Origin: a bacterium
GTDB taxonomy: Bacteria; Sumerlaeota; Sumerlaeia; SLMS01; JAHLLQ01
Direction of reading: 5' to 3'
DNA: 64,000 bases
Assembly: GCA_020444065.1 (NCBI GenBank)
Contig: JAHLLQ010000008.1
Coordinates: 78,138-142,137 of the forward strand
The translations under genes were made by a program, and so were the position numbers. The notes under the pieces were generated by a model, which was not told the DNA's origin, did not search any database, and saw nothing but the letters and a program-made list of their open reading frames with translations. Shown here piece after piece: positions 8,615 through 17,619 of the stretch. Numbering within the stretch: the stretch's first letter is position 1; each line of letters begins with the position of its first letter.

Positions 8615-10221
8615 GGTTCATCTTTCCGAGGTGTGGGATTGAATCGAACGTGAATGTAATCGCCCGTGCGGCCACGGCCGCGCGGATTTTCCACTCCTGC
8701 TGCGATCGAAACGATGCCACCGTTACCCGGGCCACGCAGAATGACCCGCCCTTTCCCATCGGCATCTGTTACGACATCAGCACCTTCTTCGTACCAGCCA
8801 TTGTGGAGGAATATCTCGACACGAACCTGCTGATTCACGATGGGAGTCCCTTCATTGTCCAGGACCTGAACATCGATCGGCAGATCGGAGCCGAAAAGTT
8901 CCGCACCGTCTTTGGGTGAAAGAACAGCAACTTGATAAGTAGGGACGGAGGCCGATTGTGGCCACACGCGGCATGTCTTCTCGCCGACGGGTTGGCCATC
9001 TGCATCGAGCCCGCGCGTTGCCAGGAGAACCGGATTCGTCGCTCCCTTCTCCATCTTCGCAGTGCCGCGCCACCAGTTTCCTGATCGATCGAGATCTCGC
9101 CAGGCCATCTTGTTTACACGATACTGCACCTGCGCCACATCTGGTCCCCAGACTTCGATGGGGAACTCTCCCTCGACGATCGCCTCGTCGTGCGGAGCCA
9201 CACGGATGGCTTGATTGTAATCTGCAAGCGCGTAGTACACTGGGCGCGGAGTCCCAACGTAGTCGGTCTCTGCCTCCAGCAGACCGTACCACTCCTCAGC
9301 ATGGTCGTTGTGGGTATCGGGATCGTCGCGCTTCCACCAACCATCGATCCACATGAACGCCGCTCCGCCCGTCGCGCCAGAGTTGATCACATCGTCCCAC
9401 AATGCCACGACACCATCGCGTTGCTGCTCGATCGAGTTACCGCCGTAACCGCGACCATCGCCGGTGGGGGAGACAGAGAGGCCGAACTCCGTGATCAGGA
9501 AGGGCTTGTTCGGCGCCAGATCGCGCTTCAACACCTCCAGGTAATGACGATAGCCGAGAGCGCGGCGAATCGTGTCAGGACTGTACGGATAGACATTCTG
9601 GCAGATCACCGGCCAGACATCGGGAGGCAGATAGTCGCCGAATACACAATTCGAGAAGCTGAACGGGCGCCCGGGATCCTCTTCACGAACAACCTCCGCA
9701 AGTCGACCGAAGTAGCTGGCGACGTTCGCCGTACCCGCGCGTTCCATGGCGTCGCCATGCGGTTCGTTCAGCATCAAGTACATCAGGATGTTCGGGTGTT
9801 CAGAGGAGCGCTCGATATTGATGCGCGTTTGCGAGAGTTCATGCTCTTGAAATGCCGGATCGGCGAAGTCGCCACCGGGATCGATCCAGTTCCCCTGGAT
9901 AACCCACAGGCCATACTCTGCGGCCATTTCGAGTTCCCAATCCTTCAGCGGACCCCATGTCCGAATCGTGTTGAAGCCCGCGGCGCGAATGCGCTCAAAA
10001 TCTGCCTGCAGGAGTTGCGGCTGATCGTCATGATCCCACGGAGCACGACCCGGTCGCGCGCCGATTTCGTAGCCCACGGCTACTACCAGAAACCGCTCTC
10101 CATCCACCGTCAGCCAATCGCCATCGATCCCCACCTGGCCGAAGGGAGAGGCACTTTCCGTTGGCGCCGAGGCACAACTCAAGAGTGTCGCTGCGAGAAC
10201 AGCGAGGAATAATGACCGCAT
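8611..10221 (-). CDS. Clan GH-A (beta/alpha)8 glycoside hydrolase lipoprotein (GH5-like / GH2-TIM-like) with C-terminal Ig-like domain
   Basis: 536 aa with signal/lipobox TLLSC. Motifs: FNTIRTWGP, LMLNEPHGD (acid/base NEP), FLITEFGLS (nucleophile), EEWYGLL. ATGA overlap with the downstream gene at 8611-8614. Confidence 0.55.
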   Translation of the reverse strand: MRSLFLAVLAATLLSCASAPTESASPFGQVGIDGDWLTVDGERFLVVAVGYEIGARPGRAPWDHDDQPQLLQADFERIRAAGFNTIRTWGPLKDWELEMAAEYGLWVIQGNWIDPGGDFADPAFQEHELSQTRINIERSSEHPNILMYLMLNEPHGDAMERAGTANVASYFGRLAEVVREEDPGRPFSFSNCVFGDYLPPDVWPVICQNVYPYSPDTIRRALGYRHYLEVLKRDLAPNKPFLITEFGLSVSPTGDGRGYGGNSIEQQRDGVVALWDDVINSGATGGAAFMWIDGWWKRDDPDTHNDHAEEWYGLLEAETDYVGTPRPVYYALADYNQAIRVAPHDEAIVEGEFPIEVWGPDVAQVQYRVNKMAWRDLDRSGNWWRGTAKMEKGATNPVLLATRGLDADGQPVGEKTCRVWPQSASVPTYQVAVLSPKDGAELFGSDLPIDVQVLDNEGTPIVNQQVRVEIFLHNGWYEEGADVVTDADGKGRVILRGPGNGGIVSIAAGVENPRGRGRTGDYIHVRFNPTPRKDEP

Positions 10222-10230
10222 TTGTTTGCC

Positions 10231-10809
10231 TCAAGGTCCGAAGCGATAGATGTTGCCGTCGCTGACCGTACCGTTTGTTGCGTCGTATATCGTCGAAATG
10301 CCCAGGAAGAAATTGTCCGAATCCAGATCCGGCCCCCACGACCAGATCACGTACTGCACAGCCGCGCCGGAACCCGAAGTCACATCCACGAGATCGAACC
10401 CGACACTCGGTTCGCTCCAGAACTCGAAGTAATCCCATCCGTATCCCAGAGGATTCCGCATGTTGTACGGATCGCGCGGGCAACTCGTCAGGTAACTGAT
10501 TGGCGTCGTCAGTCGCGCTGTGTAGGCGAAGTAGCCCCCGCCGATATCATTGAACGGACTGCCCGGAAACTGGGCCGGAAGTTCCTGGCTCAGCGGATAG
10601 TGATTGTTGTCGACGTGATAGCTTTCGACGGCGGTTGCGATTGTGCGCGCATCGGCCTTGATGCGCGAGATCTTCGAGCGTGTCTGCGCTTCCAGAAAAT
10701 TCGGCACGGCAATCGCCGCCAGAATCGCAATAATCGCAACAACGATCAGCAATTCGATCAGCGTGAATCCCATCCCTCTCTTGTGTTTCCTACGGAAAAT
10801 CCTCTTCAT
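10231..10809 (-). CDS. GspG/PulG-like pseudopilin (prepilin-type N-terminal cleavage/methylation domain protein), copy 1
   Basis: ORF 10231-10872 trimmed to the ATG at 10809 (MKRIFRRKHKRGMG|FTLIELLIVVAIIAILAAIAVPNF). Has G-1/F+1/E+5. C-terminus: SWGPDLDSD...YDATNGTVSDGNIYRFGP. Its ATG overlaps the LacI stop (ATGA). Confidence 0.85.
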   Translation of the reverse strand: MKRIFRRKHKRGMGFTLIELLIVVAIIAILAAIAVPNFLEAQTRSKISRIKADARTIATAVESYHVDNNHYPLSQELPAQFPGSPFNDIGGGYFAYTARLTTPISYLTSCPRDPYNMRNPLGYGWDYFEFWSEPSVGFDLVDVTSGSGAAVQYVIWSWGPDLDSDNFFLGISTIYDATNGTVSDGNIYRFGP

Positions 10810-11885
10810 GTTTCGTTCCTTTTCTTCCTCCGCGAATTGCCGTTCAAGTCTCTCGGATCCGGGCAGCCACAAGACTCGCGCGGAACCAGTTGAGCTTTCA
10901 TGATGGTTTTGAATGGGCGCGTGCGCTGACCGGAAATGCGCTCGATCAACATCTCGACGGCTAGAGCGCCAATTTCGCGCAACGGCACGCGCACCGTCGT
11001 CAGGCTAGGTCGTGTCAGGCGAGCCATGCGCGAATCATCGTAGCCAACCACGGCGACGTCATTCGGCACTTCAATACCCGCGCGGGCAAAGGCATCGATG
11101 ACACCCTTCGCCAAGTCATCGTTCGCCGCCACGATTCCCCAATGGCCATCGCGCGATTTTACGCGTTTGGCCAGGTCGCGACCCACTTCATAGCCTGCAT
11201 CGTAATCGTAGTCCGTGTAAACGAACTGATCGTCTTGTGGCGGAATCCCGGCGCTCCGCAGCGCATCGCGGAATCCATCAGCGCGGTCTCGCGTGTCGAT
11301 GTTCAGTTCAGGCCCGCCCAGGAAGATCAAGTCCGTCCGTGCGTGGGCTTTCAGCAGATGATTTGTCATGTCCCGCGCGCCCGTCTTGTTATCCACGAGG
11401 ATGTTGTCGAGGTGGTAGTGACCAACATCTTTGTCGAGGATCACAATCGGCGCAGCCAGGTCGCTCAACATTTCGAGTGTCCGATCGGCGATTTCGGGAA
11501 TCATCAGCACCAATCCATCAACGCGGCCACCCTGCAGGAACTGTTCGGCTGCATTGTGTTCTTCGCGCTCGCCCTGAGCGCGAGTAACCATGAGATGCAG
11601 GCCCTCCTGGCGGGCGCGATCGTCCACGCCTCGCATCAATTCGCCGAAGTAATCGCCGAAGAGATCTGGCAGGATCAGGCCGAGCGTTTCCGAACGTTTG
11701 CGGCTCAGAGCACGCGCGCGGATGTTTGGCTTGTAGTTCAACCGCCGCATCGCGGCCTCAACTCGGTGACGGGTCTTCTCCGCCACGCGACTGGGGCCGT
11801 TCACGACGCGCGAAACTGTCGCGATCGAGACATTCGCCTCACGCGCCACGTCGTGAATCGATGGGCCTTTGCCTAGGGCTGTCAT
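10806..11885 (-). CDS. LacI-family transcriptional regulator
   Basis: 359 aa. HTH: SIHDVAREANVSIATVSRVVNG...YKPNIRARALS. Periplasmic-binding-protein-like effector domain. ATGA overlaps at both ends (11882-11885 and 10806-10809). Confidence 0.9.
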   Translation of the reverse strand: MTALGKGPSIHDVAREANVSIATVSRVVNGPSRVAEKTRHRVEAAMRRLNYKPNIRARALSRKRSETLGLILPDLFGDYFGELMRGVDDRARQEGLHLMVTRAQGEREEHNAAEQFLQGGRVDGLVLMIPEIADRTLEMLSDLAAPIVILDKDVGHYHLDNILVDNKTGARDMTNHLLKAHARTDLIFLGGPELNIDTRDRADGFRDALRSAGIPPQDDQFVYTDYDYDAGYEVGRDLAKRVKSRDGHWGIVAANDDLAKGVIDAFARAGIEVPNDVAVVGYDDSRMARLTRPSLTTVRVPLREIGALAVEMLIERISGQRTRPFKTIMKAQLVPRESCGCPDPRDLNGNSRRKKRNET

Positions 11886-14311
11886 TGTCTTGCTCCCGGG
11901 GATACGGGGCGCCGTGCACGCACCAGAACCTTGCGCACGCGCTTCTCGCCACTTGCCGCGATTGGCTGGCCCGCATCGTGAAGTTCACCATCCACTTCGA
12001 TCTCCCAATCTCCCGATCCAGAGCCCTCGAAAGTGATCTCGAACAGATCGCCACGGAACGGGCGCGTAATCTGCGCCGATTCCCATTCAGCCGGCAAGCA
12101 CGGTGCCACGCGCAAGCCATCATACTCCGGACGAACGCCCAGAATCCACTCCAAACAAATCCGACGCAACCATGCCGCCGAACCAGTGTACCAGGTCCAT
12201 CCGCCTCGGCCGAATCCTGGCGACTCGGGGCCTTCGATATTGCCCGGCGTGACATACGGCTCCACCGCGTAGTGATCCGGCTTGCGGCCACGATTGGGTG
12301 GAGCCAGTCGGCTAAATGCACTCCATGCCGTTTCGGCGCGACCGAGCTTGCACGCCGCCTGGATTGCCCAGATCGCCGCATGCGTGTAGACGCCGCCGTT
12401 TTCTCGCACCGCCGGGGCGTAACGCGTCAAGTAACCCACGCGCGCGTCCGGAGTCGAGTACGCCGGTGTGAAGAGCAGCGGCCCGTACTCCCGCAGCAAA
12501 TGCTCCTCAGCCGCATCCAGCACCTGGTTCGCGCGCTCTTCGTCCGCAGTTCCACTGATGATCGACCACGTCTGCGCGTTCAGGAAGATGCGACCTTCCT
12601 TGCACGATGCGCTGCCGAGAGGCGAACCATCATCCAGAGTCGCCCGCAGATACCAGTCGCCATCCCATCCGTGCGTATTGATCGCCACGCGCAGAGCGTC
12701 GGCTCGTGCCGTCCATTCCGCGGCACGCTCCGATTCGCCGCGCTGCGTCGCCAAGTCGGACCAGTCGCAAAGAACTCCGTACAGGAAGTGCCCGAGCCAA
12801 ATCGACTCGCCCTTGCCGTGCATGCCAGCCGCACTCAGTCCGTCGTTCCAGTCGCCTTCGCCGATCAGCGGCAATCCGCGATCGCTGAAACGCACCAGCA
12901 CACGCTCGATCGCGCGCACGCCGTGCTCCCAAATCGTCACGGCATTATCGTCATCGACGAATGGTTCCGCAAGATCGAGCGCATCGAAGTCGGCCGTTTC
13001 CTTTAGGTACGAGATCATGACAAACGGCAACCACAACAGATCGTCCGTCATTTCGGTGCGCAGGCCAACTTCACTCAGCGGATGCCACCAGTGATAGACT
13101 GTTCCATCCGCGAATTGATGACGCGCGTGCAGGCGAAGCTGCTTCAGGCAACGCGCGGGATCGCTGGGCAGGAAGACCTGGCTGTCCTGCAACTGATCGC
13201 GGAATCCGAATGCACCGGATTGCTGCCAATACCCCGTGCGCCCCCAAAGGCGCGCCGCGATAGCCTGATACATCAACCATGTGTTGTTGAGCAGATTGAA
13301 TGCCGGGTCGGGCGTCTCGACGTGCACGGCTTCGAGCTTCTCCGCCCAGGCCTTCTCGACATCGGCCAGCACGCGATCCATCGCGTTGGTATCGCTGAAT
13401 GGCTCAAGCGCCTCGCGCGGCGAACCGTTCTCTTCCACGGCGCCCAGCGCGAACATCAGGTCGGTCGCTTCCTTCGGCGCCAGTTCGATCGTCGCTGCAA
13501 GAGCCGCGATGCCGTCCGTCAATCGACCGAAGCCGCCGGATTCGCGCTCATCCGCGCCCAGCCAAGCCGGTGCGGAGAAGTCGCCGTGACGGCCGAGGAA
13601 GTACTGATGATCTCCAGCGCCGGCAACGGATGCCGGAACGCCTGCGCCCGGCTGCCAGACTGCGTGGAAAGCGACGTGTGGCCAGTTCGTATTCCAGTGC
13701 CCGTACTTCTCGTCGGGAACTTCCCACAGGCACTTGCGCGCCGTAATCAGACCATCTTCGTAGGCGCTGTCGATAAAGAGTCGATGAAACTCGCGCTTCG
13801 AGTCCGGGGCGGCGCCCAGGCACCACATGAAGTGCGAACAGACAGAAATCTTGCGGGGTTTGACCCCGAGATTCCGAATGCGAACGCGCCACAGTTCCAT
13901 CGCGGCATCAGTTGGAACGGTGATCGTCCATTCCACTTCGATACCATGTGCCTGCGTCGTGATGACCGTATAACCAATGCCGTGGCGGCATTCGTAGTGA
14001 TCCAGCTTCGCGCGAGTCGGCTGCGGCGCGGCGCTCCAGAGCTCTCCCGTTTCTTCGTCCTTCAGATATAGCCACTTGCCCCACGCATCGCGCACCAGGT
14101 CCATCTCCCAGCGCGTCAGTACGCCGAGGGTCGAGTGATCCAGCCACGAGAAACCGCCACCAGCCTGACTGATCGTTGCACCGTAGCGCTCGTTCGCAAT
14201 CACATTCACCCACGGCTTTGGGGTATCGGGACGCGTGATCACATACTCGCGCCCATTGTCGGAGAAGTAGCCGTACTTGCACTCAAAGCGATCGTTCGTC
14301 ACGTCAATCAT
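11882..14311 (-). CDS. GH94 glycoside phosphorylase (cellobiose/cellodextrin/chitobiose/laminaribiose phosphorylase family), copy 1
   Basis: 809 aa with no signal peptide. N-terminus: YGYFSDNGREYVITRPDTPKPWVNVIANE...AGGGFSW. Also GEGDWNDGLSAAGMHGKGESIWLGHF, typical of the cellobiose phosphorylase family. Confidence 0.85.
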   Translation of the reverse strand: MIDVTNDRFECKYGYFSDNGREYVITRPDTPKPWVNVIANERYGATISQAGGGFSWLDHSTLGVLTRWEMDLVRDAWGKWLYLKDEETGELWSAAPQPTRAKLDHYECRHGIGYTVITTQAHGIEVEWTITVPTDAAMELWRVRIRNLGVKPRKISVCSHFMWCLGAAPDSKREFHRLFIDSAYEDGLITARKCLWEVPDEKYGHWNTNWPHVAFHAVWQPGAGVPASVAGAGDHQYFLGRHGDFSAPAWLGADERESGGFGRLTDGIAALAATIELAPKEATDLMFALGAVEENGSPREALEPFSDTNAMDRVLADVEKAWAEKLEAVHVETPDPAFNLLNNTWLMYQAIAARLWGRTGYWQQSGAFGFRDQLQDSQVFLPSDPARCLKQLRLHARHQFADGTVYHWWHPLSEVGLRTEMTDDLLWLPFVMISYLKETADFDALDLAEPFVDDDNAVTIWEHGVRAIERVLVRFSDRGLPLIGEGDWNDGLSAAGMHGKGESIWLGHFLYGVLCDWSDLATQRGESERAAEWTARADALRVAINTHGWDGDWYLRATLDDGSPLGSASCKEGRIFLNAQTWSIISGTADEERANQVLDAAEEHLLREYGPLLFTPAYSTPDARVGYLTRYAPAVRENGGVYTHAAIWAIQAACKLGRAETAWSAFSRLAPPNRGRKPDHYAVEPYVTPGNIEGPESPGFGRGGWTWYTGSAAWLRRICLEWILGVRPEYDGLRVAPCLPAEWESAQITRPFRGDLFEITFEGSGSGDWEIEVDGELHDAGQPIAASGEKRVRKVLVRARRPVSPGARQ

Positions 14312-14335
14312 CCTCTTGGGGAAATAGTTCCTCTC

Positions 14336-15163
14336 TCAGCCCTTCAAGCCAGTCATGGTAACGCCCTCGATGAAGCGTCGTTGCAGTACCAGGAAGACTA
14401 TAGCGATCGGCAGAATCGTCACCGCGGCGCCCGCCATCAGCAGGCCCCATTCGGCGTTGTGCTGGCCGCTCAGATTCGCCAGCGCCACTGGCAGCGTGTA
14501 CATCGATTCCTTCTGCATCACGATCAACGGCATCATGAAGTCGCTCCACACAGCCGTGAACGTAAAGATAGCAAGCGCGGCAATCACCGGCCGGCACAGC
14601 GGCAGAACGATCTGCGCGAAGATCCGGAATTCGCCGCATCCATCGATTCGCGCCGACTCGATGTAGGCATCAGGAACGGAGATCATGAACTGGCGCATCA
14701 GGAAGATCCCAAATACCGATGCAGCGCCCGGTACGATCAATCCCAGGTAATTGTTCAGCAATCCCAGGGACTTCAGAAGCAGGAAGACCGGGATCAAGGT
14801 CACCTGTGCCGGCACCATCAATGTAATGATCATCAAGGCGAACATCGGTCCGCGCAGCGGGAAGTCGAACTTTGCAAACGCGTAGCCGCCCATCGCATTC
14901 ATGAACAAGCTGACGAATGTCACGGCCAGCGTCACCAGCACCGAGTTGAAGAACATCCGTCCGAACGCCATGCGATCGAAGAGCTCATCGTAATGCAACC
15001 ACGTGACCTCGCGGGGAATCCACTCTGGCGGGAACGTGTTGATCGCCTCGACCGTCTTGACCGATGTTGTCAGCGTCCAGACAAACGGCATCACGGCCGC
15101 GACGAAGAGAAGCAGCAGAAGGAACAGGATGACCGCGCGTTCAGTGATCTGGCGAGCGTTCAT
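14336..15163 (-). CDS. Carbohydrate ABC transporter permease (MalG-type, CUT1)
   Basis: ORF 14336-15226 trimmed to the ATG at 15163 (MNARQITERAVILFLLL). Six predicted TM segments and the EAA-type loop ESARIDGCGEFRIFAQIVLPLCRP. One-nt TGATG overlap with the upstream gene. Confidence 0.85.
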   Translation of the reverse strand: MNARQITERAVILFLLLLLFVAAVMPFVWTLTTSVKTVEAINTFPPEWIPREVTWLHYDELFDRMAFGRMFFNSVLVTLAVTFVSLFMNAMGGYAFAKFDFPLRGPMFALMIITLMVPAQVTLIPVFLLLKSLGLLNNYLGLIVPGAASVFGIFLMRQFMISVPDAYIESARIDGCGEFRIFAQIVLPLCRPVIAALAIFTFTAVWSDFMMPLIVMQKESMYTLPVALANLSGQHNAEWGLLMAGAAVTILPIAIVFLVLQRRFIEGVTMTGLKG

Positions 15164-17400
15164 CAGTTCTCCTCCCCGCGCACCCAGCGCATCTGGAAGA
15201 CGCTCAGCACCGCAATCATCACGCACAGCGTATAGGCAATCGCTGACGCGTAGCCGAGATGGAAGAACTTGAAGCCTTCCTTGTAGAGATAAAGCACAAT
15301 AGACAGAGTGCGATTCTGCGGCCCGCCCATGTCAGTCATGACGTACGGCTCGGCGAAGAATTGCATGTAGCCGATCGTTGTGATGATCATGATAAAGACG
15401 GTGGTCGGGCGCAGAAGCGGCAGCGTCACGTTGCGGAATTGCTGCCAACGATTCGCGCCGTCGATCGAAGCGGCCTCGTAGAGCTGGCTTGGGATCGACT
15501 GCAGGCCCGCCAGGAAGATCACCATGCTGTAGCCGAAGTTCTTCCAGATCGCCAAGACGATCAGCGCCGGCAACGCCAGGAGTGGATCCGCCAGCCACTC
15601 CTGCTCGGGAATTCCGACCAACCCCAATCCCCAATTGAGAAGGCCGAACTGCGGCGAGTAGATCCAACGCCATACGACTGCCACAGCCACGAGCGGCGTT
15701 ACGACCGGCAGGAAGAAGCCCGTGCGGAACAGCCCGCGAATCGGCGTCACCTTGCTGTTCAAGAGAATCGCCGCCCCGAGCGCCAGAACGATCGTGAGCG
15801 GTCCCGCCACGATCATGAAGTATCCCGTGTTTAGGACAGACCGCCAGAACAGCGGATCCTGCAGCAGGCGGATGTAGTTCTCGAACCCAACGATTGAAGT
15901 CCGGTGCCAATCGGCGATCGCATAGATGTCGTAGTTCGTGAAGCTCAAAAGGAGGGACGCAGTAATCGGCAGCAGAATGAACAGCGTGAAGTGCAGTAGT
16001 ACCGGAATCAGGAAGACCGCCGGGATTCTGCATCGCTGCAACACATTCTTCTCGTGGCGCAGCTTCCAGGCGATCATCCCGACGAGTATCAGGAGGACCA
16101 GAATTCCGCCGCCGATTACTGTTCCCATCCAATCCTGCACGTTCCCTGGACCGACGCGACGGCGCGAGAGAATCCCCTTCATTCCCTCCTCGATGCGTGT
16201 CGCCGTCGTTTCCGGGCTCACGTCGCCCAGGATCATGTTCTCCATCTCGTTCTTGATGACTTCCGCCATCGCTTCCCACGTTTCCAGCGGCGGAGTCGCC
16301 CGGGCATCCCCCAACTGCCGACGGAAGACGCTCCACGTTGGGCTCTGCGCGAATTCCGGCGCATCCCACGCCACCTTGGCTGCAGGCAGATCGCCGGTGA
16401 TCTTGTACCAATCGATCTGCGTGCGTGGCTGCGAAAGGTACTCGACAAAAGCCCACGCCAGCTCCGGATTCTGTGACGACTTGAAGATCGCCAGGTTGGA
16501 GCCGCCGAGGAACGACGTGCGCGTCTTGCGTCCTGGCAACATGGCTACGGCCCATCGCCCCTCCAGGTCCGGGGCCTTGCGCTGATACTCTCCCACCATC
16601 CAAGGGCCGGTGATCCAGGCTGCGAAGTAGCCGTCGCGGAAGGCCTGGATCGGATCGATCTGTCCGGACACCGCCTCTGTGGAGTAGCCGCGATCGAAAA
16701 TCGATTTGTAGAATGCCATCGCCTCGATCGTCTCCGGCGAAGCGAAGATGCACTCCTTCATGTCATCGCTCATCGCGCGTCCGCCGTTTTGCCAGATGAA
16801 GTCCAGCAGCAAGCCTTCCTCGCGGGCCGAGAAATTGAACGCGTACTGATCCGTGCGACCGTCGCCGTCTTTGTCGCGGGTCAGATCCGCGCCAAATTGC
16901 TCCAACTCATCCCAAGTTTCAGGGAAGCGATCCCAGCCCGCCTCGGCGGCCAGATCCGTCCGATAGAACATCACCCGCGTATCGACGTACCAGGGCAGTG
17001 CGTAGAGCCCGCCCTCCCACTTGCCGGTGCGCAGGGACTGCTCAAAGAAGGCGTCGTTTCCGAGGCTGTCCGAGTTCTCGACCGGGCGGGCGAGGTTTCG
17101 CAGGGCTCCCATGGCGGCGAACTCCGGAACCCAGGTCGTGCCAAGCTGGGTCACATCCGGGGCGATCCCGCCCGCCACGGCCGTGATCAGCCGGTCGTGG
17201 GCGCCTCCCCAGGGCACCGCCTGGGTGTTGATGGTCGTGCCCGGATGATCCTCTTCGAAGGCCCGGGCGAGCTTGGGCAGGTGTGTTCCCTCGGCCCCCA
17301 TCGCCCAGACGGTGATCTCGCCGGACAGTTCGGCGGAGCTTGTCCCGGCGAGGCCGAGAACAAGCAGAAGACCGAGAATTGGCAGGAAAGATCGCTTCAA
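15163..17400 (-). CDS. Fusion protein: extracellular solute-binding protein (family 1, sugar) + extra TM helix + MalF-type ABC permease
   Basis: 745 aa with a TTG start and signal peptide MKRSFLPILGLLLVLGLAGTSSA. Residues ~24-412 are SBP-like (ITVWAMG...AVPWGG...YALPWYVDTRVMFYR). Residues ~425-445 are a TM helix (MGTVIGGGILVLLILVGMIAW). Residues ~455-745 are a permease with EAASIDGANRWQQFRNVTLPLLRP. Confidence 0.8.
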   Translation of the reverse strand: MKRSFLPILGLLLVLGLAGTSSAELSGEITVWAMGAEGTHLPKLARAFEEDHPGTTINTQAVPWGGAHDRLITAVAGGIAPDVTQLGTTWVPEFAAMGALRNLARPVENSDSLGNDAFFEQSLRTGKWEGGLYALPWYVDTRVMFYRTDLAAEAGWDRFPETWDELEQFGADLTRDKDGDGRTDQYAFNFSAREEGLLLDFIWQNGGRAMSDDMKECIFASPETIEAMAFYKSIFDRGYSTEAVSGQIDPIQAFRDGYFAAWITGPWMVGEYQRKAPDLEGRWAVAMLPGRKTRTSFLGGSNLAIFKSSQNPELAWAFVEYLSQPRTQIDWYKITGDLPAAKVAWDAPEFAQSPTWSVFRRQLGDARATPPLETWEAMAEVIKNEMENMILGDVSPETTATRIEEGMKGILSRRRVGPGNVQDWMGTVIGGGILVLLILVGMIAWKLRHEKNVLQRCRIPAVFLIPVLLHFTLFILLPITASLLLSFTNYDIYAIADWHRTSIVGFENYIRLLQDPLFWRSVLNTGYFMIVAGPLTIVLALGAAILLNSKVTPIRGLFRTGFFLPVVTPLVAVAVVWRWIYSPQFGLLNWGLGLVGIPEQEWLADPLLALPALIVLAIWKNFGYSMVIFLAGLQSIPSQLYEAASIDGANRWQQFRNVTLPLLRPTTVFIMIITTIGYMQFFAEPYVMTDMGGPQNRTLSIVLYLYKEGFKFFHLGYASAIAYTLCVMIAVLSVFQMRWVRGEEN

Positions 17401-17425
17401 GAGGGGGAGCCTTTCGCCGGAAAAC

Positions 17426-17439
17426 TGAAAACGTTTTCA
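17426..17439. promoter_or_regulatory. Candidate LacI-family operator O1: TGAAAACGTTTTCA
   Basis: Perfect 14-bp palindrome with a central CG, 26 nt upstream of the TTG start at 17400. On the minus strand a TTGACC -35-like hexamer lies just upstream. Confidence 0.65.
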
Positions 17440-17619
17440 TAAACAATGCGTCGCAGGTCAAGAGGAAATCTTTTCATCGCCGAAAATCTTGATTCTACTG
17501 GAAATGCCAATATAAATAAGGGTTTTAGGAGAAATTGGCGCGCACCCCAAAATCGACCAGATCGCAAAAAACGAGTTGACAACGCGCGGCATTTAGACCG
17601 ATTCAGTGGCGCAGATGGT

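Noticed and set aside
5729-8653. Plus-strand ORFs of 436 aa (5729-7039) and 525 aa (7076-8653).
   Set aside because: They are antisense to the GH144-like lipoprotein gene and show no motifs. The same explanation applies to 9190-10212, 11726-13006, 13082-14071 and 14135-15235, which lie opposite the other minus-arm genes.
10810-10872. 5' extensions of several track ORFs (10810-10872, 17619-17681, 19424-19480, 23801-23827, 52384-52437, 58884-58949).
   Set aside because: Downstream ATGs give canonical signal peptides or pilin leaders and have Shine-Dalgarno sequences. The extensions run through an upstream coding region, an operator palindrome (17620-17633) or a terminator hairpin (52428-52459).
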